Source: an uncultured Chloroflexia bacterium (GTDB taxonomy: Bacteria > Chloroflexota > Limnocylindria > Limnocylindrales > CSP1-4). Taken from it: DNA of 64,000 nucleotides. The notes beneath the pieces are model-generated. The model saw only the letters and a list, made by a program, of their open reading frames with translations. It ran no database searches and had not been told where the DNA came from. A program made the translations under genes and the position numbers. The first letter of the stretch is position 1. Every line of letters starts with the position of its first letter. Location of the stretch: positions 1,120,001-1,184,000 of the forward strand of contig CAVXPZ010000001.1 of the NCBI GenBank assembly GCA_963763775.1, read 5' to 3'. Shown here one piece after another: positions 54,061-63,016 of the stretch.

Positions 54061-54106
54061 CGCCGCGGGAACACACTCCGGATTCGCGATGAGGCTCTGA
54101 TGCATC
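54061..54106 (-). repeat. 46-bp dispersed repeat, copy 3 (inverted)
   Basis: Reverse complement with 2 mismatches to copy 1; shares a further TGCGGCGG with copy 2. Confidence 0.9.
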
Positions 54107-54214
54107 GCTGGGCGGGTGGTGGCGTCCTGCTCCTCAATCCCTACTAGACCGGTCGGATATGTCGTGGTATCGTGGCGACTCGTCCCCACCCGAGACCAAC
54201 AGGAGTATCTCGCG

Positions 54215-54742
54215 ATGCCGTCCGCCGTTCCCGCCGATGCCGCCGCCCGCCTGCCGAAGGCGCGGATGATCGACCCGCGCGGCCATCGATTCGGTGCCGG
54301 CGTCAGCGCGATCCTGCTGATCGGCGCGTTCCTGACCGGGACCCCGTGGCTCGTCGCTCTCGTGTTCCTCTCGATCGGCGTCAGCGCCGCGTTCGGGCTC
54401 AAGTACTCGGTCTATGGCGCGATCTGGCGGCGCATCGTCAAGGTCGCCAAGCTCGGCCCGACCGAGCCCGAGCACGAGTACCCGCCGCGGTTCGCGCAGG
54501 TGCTCGGGTCGGTGGCGCTGATCCTGTCGCTCATCGCGTTCGCGCTCGGCGCGACGACACTCGGTTGGGTCTTCGCGCTCGCGGTCGCCGGGCTGCAGAC
54601 GCTGCTCGCGACGACCGGCTACTGCCTCGGCTGCCGGCTGTACTTCCTGCGCTGGTGGGTGCCGGACCTCGTGACCCGCATCTGGACCCGCGGCGCGAGC
54701 TCGGCCAACCGCCTCCAGGTGGACCCGATCTCCTACAAGTAG
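54215..54742 (+). CDS. DUF4395 membrane protein
   Basis: IDPRGHRF, PPRFAQ.LG, GYCLGC.LY; RBS AGGAG. Confidence 0.88.
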   Translation: MPSAVPADAAARLPKARMIDPRGHRFGAGVSAILLIGAFLTGTPWLVALVFLSIGVSAAFGLKYSVYGAIWRRIVKVAKLGPTEPEHEYPPRFAQVLGSVALILSLIAFALGATTLGWVFALAVAGLQTLLATTGYCLGCRLYFLRWWVPDLVTRIWTRGASSANRLQVDPISYK

Positions 54743-54808
54743 GACGGGCCCGCGCCGGCGGGGCCGGTGCCGACGCGCGACCCTTCGCCTGCGCTTGTCA
54801 CCCGCGCT

Positions 54809-54842
54809 TGCATGACTATGCAGATCCCTGTATAGTCATCCG
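54809..54842 (+). promoter_or_regulatory. Tandem ARG boxes (ArgR operator)
   Basis: TGCATGACTATGCA and TGTATAGTCATCCG, 20 bp apart, directly upstream of argC. Confidence 0.85.
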
Positions 54843-54845
54843 ACG

Positions 54846-55994
54846 ATGACGACCACCGACGAGATCCTGGACGGGCGGGCGACGGGGTTCGTCGCGCGCT
54901 CGGCGCGTGGCGTCGCCGACGACCCGGCCGCCGACCGGAAGATCCGCGTCGGGATCATCGGGGCGACCGGCTACGTCGGCGCCGAACTCGTGCGGCTGCT
55001 TGTGCGGCATCCGAACGTCGCGCTCGTCGGGCTCCAGGGTCGCGACCGCGACGAGGATCCGCTCGGAGGCATCCACCCGCACCTCGCGACGACCGGCCAC
55101 ACCGTCAACAGCACGCTTCCCGACGTCGACGCGGTCTTCCTCGCGCTCCCGCACGGGACGGCGGCCGGGATGATCGGCGAGTTCGTCGATGCGGGCACCG
55201 CGGTCATCGACCTCGGCCCCGACTTCCGCCTGCGCGACCCCGACGACTACCCGCGCTGGTACGGCTTCGAGCACCCGCGCCCCGACCTGCTCGAGCAGGC
55301 GGTCTACGGCCTGCCGGAATTGCACCGCGCCGAGCTCCAGGCCCTCGTCGACGAGCCCGTCGCGATCGTCGGGTCGCCCGGCTGCTACCCCACCGCCACG
55401 ATCCTCGCGCTCGCGCCGCTCGCGCGCGCCGGCCTGATCGAGGATCTCGTCGTCGACGCGAAGAGCGGCGTCTCGGGCGCCGGCCGCGAGTCCAAGGCGC
55501 ACCTGATGTTCGGCGAGGTCAACGAGAGCGTGTCGGCGTATGGCATCGGCGGCCACCGGCACGTCGCCGAGATCGAGCAGGAACTCGCGTGGGCAGCGGC
55601 GATCGAGGGCGTCGACCCGGGCGCGAACCCGGGGGCCGTGGCGGTCGACTTCCTTCCGCACCTGATGCCGATGACGCGGGGCATCCTCTCCACGAGCCAC
55701 GTTCGGCCGACGCGGCCGATCTCGCAGGGCGAGCTCGACGAGCTCTACGCCGACGCCTACGCGAACGAGCCGTTCGTCTCGGTCATGCCCACCCCGCCCG
55801 CCACGAAGCACGTGACGGGCAGCAACCAGGTCCGGCTGTTCGTGCGGCTCGACGAGCGGATCGGGCGGATCATCGTGATCGGCGTCGAGGACAACCTCGT
55901 CAAGGGCGCCGCCGGACAGGCGATCCAGTCGTTCAACCTCGTCCACGCGCTGCCGGAGACGGCGGGCCTGGACCAGCTGCCGCTCGCGCCATGA
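54846..55994 (+). CDS. argC: N-acetyl-gamma-glutamyl-phosphate reductase
   Basis: GATGYVG, ALPHG, YGLPE, PGCYPT, SGVSGAG, DNLVKGAAGQA. Confidence 0.96.
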   Translation: MTTTDEILDGRATGFVARSARGVADDPAADRKIRVGIIGATGYVGAELVRLLVRHPNVALVGLQGRDRDEDPLGGIHPHLATTGHTVNSTLPDVDAVFLALPHGTAAGMIGEFVDAGTAVIDLGPDFRLRDPDDYPRWYGFEHPRPDLLEQAVYGLPELHRAELQALVDEPVAIVGSPGCYPTATILALAPLARAGLIEDLVVDAKSGVSGAGRESKAHLMFGEVNESVSAYGIGGHRHVAEIEQELAWAAAIEGVDPGANPGAVAVDFLPHLMPMTRGILSTSHVRPTRPISQGELDELYADAYANEPFVSVMPTPPATKHVTGSNQVRLFVRLDERIGRIIVIGVEDNLVKGAAGQAIQSFNLVHALPETAGLDQLPLAP

Positions 55995-57415
55995 AGGGCC
56001 GATCCGCCGCCGCCACACCGACCCCGCCCACCGCCACCGCGACCAGTCCCCGACCATCCCCGGTCCCGGGCTCGTCGACCGTCCTCCCGCCGGTCGAACG
56101 ACGTGCCGTGATGCCCGCCGGCTTCAAAGCCGGCGGTCTTGCGGCCGGGATCAAGGCCTCCGGACGGCCGGACCTGGGCGTCGCCGTCACGACGCTGGGT
56201 CCGGCCGCCGCGGCCGCCGTCTTCACGCCGAACGCGTTCGCGGCGGCGCCGGTCCGTCTCTCGAAGCGCCACCTCGCGGCCTCGTCCGGCGACCCGCGCG
56301 GCGGGTTCGGGTGGGCCGAGGCCGTCATCTCGACGAGCGGCTCCGCCAATGCGGCGACCGGCGACGCAGGCGACGACGACCAGCGGGAGATCGCCCGGCT
56401 CCTCGCGGAGGCGACCGGTGCCGCGACGCAGCTCACGCTCCACCTCTCGACCGGGATCATCGGCACGCGACTGCCGTTGGACAAGGTGGGGGCCGGGCTG
56501 GCCCAGCTGGTGCCGGAGCTCGCGGCCACGAACAAGGGCCTCGCGGCGATGGCGGAGGCCCTGCGGACCACCGACTCGGTGACGAAGACCGCGACGACGA
56601 CCATCGTGCTGCCCGACGCCGACGGCCGAGCCGTCAAGGTGACCGTGAGCGGGATCGCGAAGGGCGTCGGGATGATCCATCCGAACATGGCCACGATGCT
56701 CTCGGTCGTGCTGACCGATGCGGCCGTGACGCCGCCGACCCTGTGGGGCCTGCTCCGGCCGGCGGCGGCTCGGACGTGGGACCAGCTGTCGGTCGACGGC
56801 GACACCTCGACCAACGACACGGTGTTCGTGCTCGCATCGGGGGCGAGTGCCGCGGCGCCGGCCGAGGCCGGGACGCTCGAGGCGGCCGTGCTCGGCGCCG
56901 CGATCGAAGCGGTGGCGCGCGATCTCGCGCGGCAGCAGGCCGCCGACGGCGAGGGGGCCGCGACGCTCATCACGGCCGATGTGACCGGTGCGCTCGACGA
57001 CGCCGAGGCCCGGGCCGTGGCCCGAGCGGTCATCTCGTCCAGCCTGGTCAAGGCGGCCGCCCACGGCCGCGACCCCAACTGGGGCCGCATCGCGGGTGCG
57101 GCCGGCAACGCGCGACTGGCCGATGCCGCGGTCCTCGAGGCCGCCGGGCTGTCCCTCGCCGAGGCCACGCGCCGCGGCGGCACGCCCGTGACGCTCGACC
57201 CGGCGCGACTCCGCATCGCCATCGCCGGCCATCCCGTGTTCGACGGCTCGGCCGGCGGGCCCCTCACCTTCGACCGCAAGGCCGCCCGCAAGGCGATGGG
57301 CGCCGCCGAAGTCGTCCTCTCGCTCGACCTCGGCCTGGGCGACGGACGGGGCGAGGCGTTCGGCTGCGACCTCACCGAGCAGTACGTGATCGAGAACAGC
57401 GAGTACACGACATGA
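55991..57415 (+). CDS. argJ: Ornithine acetyltransferase / N-acetylglutamate synthase
   Basis: GSANAATG, STGIIG, TTD, KGVGMIHPNMATML, DGDTSTND, DGEGA, DPNWGRI, GCDLT..Y..N..Y. Confidence 0.96.
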   Translation: MKGRSAAATPTPPTATATSPRPSPVPGSSTVLPPVERRAVMPAGFKAGGLAAGIKASGRPDLGVAVTTLGPAAAAAVFTPNAFAAAPVRLSKRHLAASSGDPRGGFGWAEAVISTSGSANAATGDAGDDDQREIARLLAEATGAATQLTLHLSTGIIGTRLPLDKVGAGLAQLVPELAATNKGLAAMAEALRTTDSVTKTATTTIVLPDADGRAVKVTVSGIAKGVGMIHPNMATMLSVVLTDAAVTPPTLWGLLRPAAARTWDQLSVDGDTSTNDTVFVLASGASAAAPAEAGTLEAAVLGAAIEAVARDLARQQAADGEGAATLITADVTGALDDAEARAVARAVISSSLVKAAAHGRDPNWGRIAGAAGNARLADAAVLEAAGLSLAEATRRGGTPVTLDPARLRIAIAGHPVFDGSAGGPLTFDRKAARKAMGAAEVVLSLDLGLGDGRGEAFGCDLTEQYVIENSEYTT

Positions 57416-57425
57416 GCGCGAACTG

Positions 57426-57588
57426 CCTCGTCGGCATCTCGGCGAGGTCAGGCCAAGGCGGCGGTAAGCACGAGAGCGAGCGCACCACCCCCCGAGGCCC
57501 GAGGCGACGCTCCGTTAGCCATCGGTCCGAGGGTTCCTGCGTGAGCGATCGCGCGCAGCCGCCAACGCCGGGATGGCCCGCCGAGGAG
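57426..57588. repeat. Long imperfect palindromic (rod-hairpin) intergenic element
   Basis: Nested complementary arms CTCGGCG/CGCCGAG, GGTCA/TGGCC, GGC-CAA-GGCGGC/GCCGCC-AAC-GCC, GGCGACG/CGTTAGCC. Confidence 0.65.
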
Positions 57589-57595
57589 CCGACCG

Positions 57596-58384
57596 ATGTC
57601 TGAGGTACTCGTCATCAAGCTCGGTGGCACGACCATCGCGGACCAGTCGCAGGTGCTCGGCGAAGTGGCCGCGGTCGCGCGTCGTCGTCCCGTGGTCCTG
57701 GTCCATGGCGGCGGGAAGCGCATCACCGAGTGGCTCGACCGGCTGGGCGTCCCCTCCAAGTTCGAGGGCGGGCTTCGCGTCACCGATGCGGCATCGCTCG
57801 AAGTGGCCGCGGCCGTCCTGCGCGGCGTCGTCAACTCGGAGCTCGTGGCCGGTCTGCGCGATCTCGGGGTGGATGCCGTCGGGCTGTCCGGCGTCGACGG
57901 CGGCCTCCTGATCGCCGAGCGCATCCCGGAGCTCGGACTCGTCGCGAGCGTCGTCGGCCTTCGCCGCGACCTGCTCGACGCGATCCTCGTCGGCGGCCAG
58001 GTGCCGGTCGTCGCGCCGCTGGCGCGCGATGCGGACGGGATCGTGTGCAACGTGAACGCCGACGACGTGGCCGCGGGCATCGCGGCCGGGCTCGGTGCCC
58101 GCCAGCTCGTCCTGCTGACCGATGTCGACGGCGTCCGCGACGCCGACGGCCGCCGACTCGACACCCTGACCGTCGCCGAGGCCGAGCACCTCATCGAGAC
58201 CGGCGTCATCGCCGGCGGCATGGTGCCGAAGATCCGCGCCGCGCTCGGGGCGCTGGGCTGGGACGGCGCCGAGGCGATCATCGCCGACTCGTCCGCGCCG
58301 AACGCGCTGACGCGCGCCCTGTCCGACCCGACCTTCGGCACCCGGATCACCGCATCGCGCGCCGCGGGTGTGGGGGCCGCGTGA
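57596..58384 (+). CDS. argB: Acetylglutamate kinase
   Basis: VIKLGG, VHGGG, GLRVTD, NVNAD, LTDVDG, GGMVPK. Confidence 0.96.
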   Translation: MSEVLVIKLGGTTIADQSQVLGEVAAVARRRPVVLVHGGGKRITEWLDRLGVPSKFEGGLRVTDAASLEVAAAVLRGVVNSELVAGLRDLGVDAVGLSGVDGGLLIAERIPELGLVASVVGLRRDLLDAILVGGQVPVVAPLARDADGIVCNVNADDVAAGIAAGLGARQLVLLTDVDGVRDADGRRLDTLTVAEAEHLIETGVIAGGMVPKIRAALGALGWDGAEAIIADSSAPNALTRALSDPTFGTRITASRAAGVGAA

Positions 58385-58909
58385 TGGCCACGGCGACCCA
58401 GGAGCTCAAGCGCCTCCGCCAGCGGGCGATCCGCGAGCTGGTCGTGACGCGCCCGGTGGGGAGCCAGCGCGAGCTCGTCGACGCGCTGACGGAGCAGGGG
58501 TTCGCCGTCACCCAGGCGACGGTCTCGCGCGACATCACCGAGCTCGGGCTCATGAAGGCCCCGCGCGCCGACGGCCACGTCTACGTCGCCCCGGAGGCGG
58601 TCGGCGCCGGCACGAACGGCCACGCCATCGGCTCCGACGAGCGGCTCGCGCGGATCCTGGCCGACATCCCGGTGGCGGTGGGCCGGAGCGGGCTCATCCT
58701 CGTCCTGACCGGCACGCCGGGCACCGCCAGCATCATCGCCCAGGCCATCGACGAGTCCACCCTGCACGAGCAGGAAGGGCACCCTCGCCGGCGACAATAC
58801 GCTCCTCGTCCTGTTCGCCGATGAGCGGCGCCTCGAGCGCTGGCTGGCCCGGTTCCGGGCGATCGGCCCATCCCCCGTCCCCACGACCCGGAGGTCCGCG
58901 ATCTCGTGA
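58384..58909 (+). CDS. argR: Arginine repressor (frameshift near 58775)
   Basis: RQRAIREL, SQRELV, VTQATVSRDITELG, PGTA..IA..ID, GTLAGDNT. Confidence 0.92.
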
Positions 58910-60189
58910 AGAAAGTCGTCCTCGCCTATTCGGGCGGCCTCGATACCTCGGTGGCCGTCGCGTGGCTCAAGGAGCAGTACGACGCGGAGGTCGTGACGCT
59001 CACGGTCGACGTCGGCGGCGGCTCGCTCCGCCAGGGCGTCGAACGTCGTGCGATGTCCGCCGGCGCGACCCGTGCCTATGTCGTGGACGCCCGCGAGCGG
59101 TTCGTCACCGACTTCGTGTGGCCGCACCTCCAGGCCAACGCGCTGTACCAAGGGGCCTACCCGCTGGCCACCGCGCTCGCGCGTCCCCTGATCGCCCAGC
59201 TCCTCGTCGAGGTGGCCGCGCGCGAAGGCGCCGATGCGATCGCCCACGGCTGCACGGGCAAGGGCAACGACCAGGTCCGCTTCGACGTCGCGACGCACGC
59301 GCTCGATCCGGGGCTCGAGGTCATCGCGCCGATGCGCGTCGGCATGGGCCTCTCGCGCGACCAGGAGATCGACTACGCGAACGAGCGCGGCATCGAGATC
59401 CCGATCACGAAGGCGTCGCCGTACTCGATCGACGTCAACCTCTGGGGCCGCTCCTGCGAGACCGGGGTCCTCGAGGACCCGTGGGTCACGCCGCCGCCCG
59501 ACGCCTACGAATGGACGGTCGCCCCGTCCGACGCCCCGGCGCCGGTCGAGATCACGATCGAGTTCGAGGGCGGCATCCCGGTCGCGCTCGACGGTGAGCG
59601 GCTCGGGGCCGTGGAACTGGTCGAGAAGGTGCACGCGCTCGGCGGCGCCCACGGCGTCGGCCGCATCGACCACGTCGAGGACCGCCTCGTCGGCATCAAG
59701 AGCCGCGAGATCTACGAGACGCCGGCGGCCACGATCCTGCACGCCGCGCACCACGCCCTCGAAGGGTTGACGCTGTCGCGCGACACGCTCCGGTTCAACC
59801 GGTTCGTCGCGGACGAGCTGGCCCGACTCATCTACGACGGCCTGTGGTTCTCGGCGCTGTCGCGCGACCTGCGCGGCTACGTGGCGTCGTCCCAGCGCGT
59901 GGTCTCGGGCGAGGTCCGGGTCCGGCTCGATCACGGCCAGGCCGTGGTCACGGGGCGGCGCTCGCCGCTGTCGCTGTACGACAAGAGCCTCGCGACCTAC
60001 GACGAGGGCGATGCCTTCGACCACGCGTCGGCCGTGGGCTTCATCGAGATCTTCGGGCTGCCGCTCCGCGTCGAGGCGGCACGGCACGGCGCGGTCGGCA
60101 AGCACCACGGCGCCGCCTGGACCTGGACCGACCCGCTGCTCGCGGACCTGCCGACGCTGGTGACCGATCCGGAGCCGGCCGCCGTCTAG
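58906..60189 (+). CDS. argG: Argininosuccinate synthase
   Basis: VLAYSGGLDTS, TALARP, HGCTGKGNDQVRF, YSIDVNLWGRS, EDRLVGIKSRE. Confidence 0.97.
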   Translation: MKKVVLAYSGGLDTSVAVAWLKEQYDAEVVTLTVDVGGGSLRQGVERRAMSAGATRAYVVDARERFVTDFVWPHLQANALYQGAYPLATALARPLIAQLLVEVAAREGADAIAHGCTGKGNDQVRFDVATHALDPGLEVIAPMRVGMGLSRDQEIDYANERGIEIPITKASPYSIDVNLWGRSCETGVLEDPWVTPPPDAYEWTVAPSDAPAPVEITIEFEGGIPVALDGERLGAVELVEKVHALGGAHGVGRIDHVEDRLVGIKSREIYETPAATILHAAHHALEGLTLSRDTLRFNRFVADELARLIYDGLWFSALSRDLRGYVASSQRVVSGEVRVRLDHGQAVVTGRRSPLSLYDKSLATYDEGDAFDHASAVGFIEIFGLPLRVEAARHGAVGKHHGAAWTWTDPLLADLPTLVTDPEPAAV

Positions 60190-60274
60190 GTTCCCGGCCG
60201 TCGCCGGTCGTGGCGGGCGGCTCGTGCCGGACGCGGCCAGCAGGGTCATGTCTCACGCGTGATACACTCGGTCC

Positions 60275-60511
60275 ATGGCTGAGGTCACGATCCGGGAACT
60301 GCGCAACCGCGGTGGCGATGTCGTCGATCGCGTGGCCGCCGGCGAGCACCTGACCGTGACGCGCGACGGCCGACCCGTCGCCGAGCTTCGACCCATCTCC
60401 CGCCAGGCGCTCTCCGCCGGAGCGGTGCTGCGACGCTGGCGGAGGCTCCGTGCGGTCGACGCGGTGGCCTTGCGCGCCGATCTCGACTCGGTCGTGGACC
60501 CGAGTCTCTGA
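60275..60511 (+). CDS. Phd/YefM antitoxin
   Basis: VTIRELRN..VVDRVAAGE..VTRDGRPVAEL. Confidence 0.92.
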   Translation: MAEVTIRELRNRGGDVVDRVAAGEHLTVTRDGRPVAELRPISRQALSAGAVLRRWRRLRAVDAVALRADLDSVVDPSL

Positions 60512-60927
60512 TGGCCGAGGCCGCGGGGCTCCTCGACACGAGCACGGTCATCCTGCTTCCCCGGCTCCGCGATCCCGCCGCCCTGCCGGCCGAACCGCAC
60601 ATCTCGGCGATCACCCTCGCGGAGCTCTCGGTGGGCCCGCTGGTCACTGCGGACGAAAGCGTCCGGGCCGCGCGCCTCGCACAACTCCAGCAGGCGGAGG
60701 CGGACTTCGATCCCCTGCCGTTCGATGCCGACGCGGCGCGCGCCTTCGGGCAGGTGTCGGCATCCCTCCGACGCTCGGGCCGCAAGACGGCCGCACGTGC
60801 CTACGACGCGATGATCGCGGCGATCGCCATCGCGAACGAGCTGCCGCTCTACACCTGCAACCCCGGTGACTTCGAGGGCATCGACGGACTCACGGTCGTG
60901 GCCATCCCCCACCCCGACGCGGCATGA
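60511..60927 (+). CDS. VapC PIN toxin
   Basis: LLDTSTVI, ITLAEL, LPFD, YDAMIAAIA, YTCNPGDF. Confidence 0.93.
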   Translation: MAEAAGLLDTSTVILLPRLRDPAALPAEPHISAITLAELSVGPLVTADESVRAARLAQLQQAEADFDPLPFDADAARAFGQVSASLRRSGRKTAARAYDAMIAAIAIANELPLYTCNPGDFEGIDGLTVVAIPHPDAA

Positions 60928-62141
60928 CGACCCGAGACCAGCTGGGCGAACTCGCGTTCCTCCACGAGATCGCCCAGCTCGCGACGCAGGCGCGCGACTG
61001 GGACGAGCTGATGCACGCGATCGTGGACGGCACGACCGCGGCGATGCACGTGGAGGTGTGCTCGTTCTACCTGCCCGACCACGAGCGGACCCGTCTGACC
61101 CTCGCCGCGACCAACGGCCTCGACCGCTCGCAGGTCGGCAAGGTCAGCCTCGCGTGGGGCGAGGGCATCACGGGTCGCGTGGCCGCGACGCGCGAACCCA
61201 TCGCCGTCGCCGACGTGACCGAGGACGGCCGCTTCTCGTGGGTCCGCGGCTTCGATGTCGAGGCGCTCGCGGGGATGCTGTCGGTGCCGCTCGTCTGGCA
61301 TGACGGCGTCGTCGGCGTCCTGAACGTCCAGACCCGCGACATCCACCCGTTCAGTGACGAGGAGGTCGACTTCCTCACGACGATCGCGGCGCTCCTCGCG
61401 GGGATCGTGGAGAAGGGCCGGCTGACGGCCGAGGTCGAGGGCCGGCTCGCGCAGCTCACGGCGCTCGATGCCGCCCGATCCGAGCTCCTGAGTGTCGTGA
61501 CGCACGAGTTGCGCACGCCGCTCTCCGTGGTCCGCGTGTACGTCGACCTGCTCAGCGAGGCAGCCCTGGCCGACGAGGCGTCCCCGATCGCCGGGGAGTG
61601 GAGCACGGCCGCCAACGACCAGCTGTCGCGCCTCGACCGGCTCGTGGATTCGATCCTCGCCTCGGTCCGCGGCGACGGCCTGACCGGACTGTCACGCGCC
61701 CCGTTCGACGCGGTCCAGGCCGTCGACGACGTGGTGGAGACGCTGCGCCTGCTCCTGCGGCCGCACCCGATCCGCTGGGAGCGCCCGCACGGCCCGATGA
61801 CCGCGATCGGCGACGAGACACGCTTCCGTCAAGTGCTCGAGCAACTCCTCGAGAACGAGTCGAAGTACGCGCCGACCGACGAAGGGGTGAGCATCGGCAT
61901 CTGGCGGGTGGAAGGCGAGATCCAGGTCTACGTGACCGACGACGGGCCGGGCGTCCCCATCGAGGACTGGGAGAGCGTCTTCGAGCCATTCGTGCGGGTC
62001 GAGGGACGCGGTCGGTCGCGCGGGTCGGGGATCGGCCTGTTCGCGGCCCGTCGGTTGATGACGGCCATGGGCGGCCGGATCTTCATCGAGCCGAACGGCT
62101 TCGCCAGCAGCCGCTTCGTGGTGGCGCTGCCGGCCGGCTGA
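60924..62141 (+). CDS. GAF-domain sensor histidine kinase
   Basis: GEGITG..VPL..GVLNV GAF; THELRTPL; DDGPG; FEPF; GSGIGL. Confidence 0.92.
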   Translation: MTTRDQLGELAFLHEIAQLATQARDWDELMHAIVDGTTAAMHVEVCSFYLPDHERTRLTLAATNGLDRSQVGKVSLAWGEGITGRVAATREPIAVADVTEDGRFSWVRGFDVEALAGMLSVPLVWHDGVVGVLNVQTRDIHPFSDEEVDFLTTIAALLAGIVEKGRLTAEVEGRLAQLTALDAARSELLSVVTHELRTPLSVVRVYVDLLSEAALADEASPIAGEWSTAANDQLSRLDRLVDSILASVRGDGLTGLSRAPFDAVQAVDDVVETLRLLLRPHPIRWERPHGPMTAIGDETRFRQVLEQLLENESKYAPTDEGVSIGIWRVEGEIQVYVTDDGPGVPIEDWESVFEPFVRVEGRGRSRGSGIGLFAARRLMTAMGGRIFIEPNGFASSRFVVALPAG

Positions 62142-62186
62142 CCGAGGTTCGTGGCGGCGGGCGGGCGCCGGGCTCGCCCATCCGGA

Positions 62187-62308
62187 GGCAACCGTCAGTA
62201 CCGCTTCCGGCACAGCCGAGCGTGATCCGTGGTGCATTTCGACAGGTTCGTGTCGATCCGTCGCGGGTCCACGAGGGGTTCGTCGCAGATCGGGTACTGA
62301 CGGTTGCC
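62187..62308. mobile_element. 122-bp MITE-like element with perfect 16-bp terminal inverted repeats
   Basis: GGCAACCGTCAGTACC (62187-62202) and GGTACTGACGGTTGCC (62293-62308). Confidence 0.6.
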
Positions 62309-62334
62309 AGGCAGGCGGGGCGACGGGGCGGCGC

Positions 62335-62378
62335 TTGACACGGCCCATCCTGACGCGTATATATCGCACGACGATATA
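62335..62378 (+). promoter_or_regulatory. Promoter with palindromic operator (PadR-like)
   Basis: TTGACA followed by TATATCG-CACGA-CGATATA. Confidence 0.6.
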
Positions 62379-62401
62379 CCGTGATGCGATGGAGGCGAGC
62401 G

Positions 62402-63016
62402 ATGACCGGTCGGGGCGTCACCTGGGTCGCGGCCACCACGATCGGGCTGATCGTCGCTGGCTTCGTCTTCCATTTCCCGGGCAGCTTCGGCGGCCTGGAC
62501 GACTGGGACCTGGTGGCGGTCATCTTCGGCGGCCTCATCGGGTTCGTCTCCGGGGCCGTCGTCGGTCTGGTCCAGTGGGGATCGCTCCTGCTCTCCCGCC
62601 GCTCCGGCCTCCGGCTCCTCCTGTGGATGGGCCTCGGGATCGGGATCACCCATGCGCTCCACGACGGAGCCCCGAACGCCTTCGGTCTCGTCGCCACCGT
62701 GTCCCTAAGCGGCCTGGCGATGGCCGCCGCCTACGCCTGGTCGTTCGGGGAACGGCGACCGACCCCGATCCTCGTGATCGGGGCGGCGTGGGCGGTGGCG
62801 CTCCTGGCCGCTGGCGGCGTCTCGCGATGGCTCGGCCTGCCCTGGGAGGAGACGCCGGTCGGGTGGTCGACGCACCACGCCATCGAGGGCATCGTCGTCG
62901 GGATCGTCTGGGGCGTGGCGACGGCCGTGGTCGGGGTGCCCGAGCGGCTCCGCCGGACCGTCGACGCGGATCCGGTCGCGGCGCTCGATCCCACATCGAT
63001 CGCGTCCCAGCCATGA
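62402..63016 (+). CDS. Hypothetical multi-pass membrane protein
   Basis: RBS GGAGG; about 6 Gly-rich hydrophobic helices. Confidence 0.75.
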   Translation: MTGRGVTWVAATTIGLIVAGFVFHFPGSFGGLDDWDLVAVIFGGLIGFVSGAVVGLVQWGSLLLSRRSGLRLLLWMGLGIGITHALHDGAPNAFGLVATVSLSGLAMAAAYAWSFGERRPTPILVIGAAWAVALLAAGGVSRWLGLPWEETPVGWSTHHAIEGIVVGIVWGVATAVVGVPERLRRTVDADPVAALDPTSIASQP

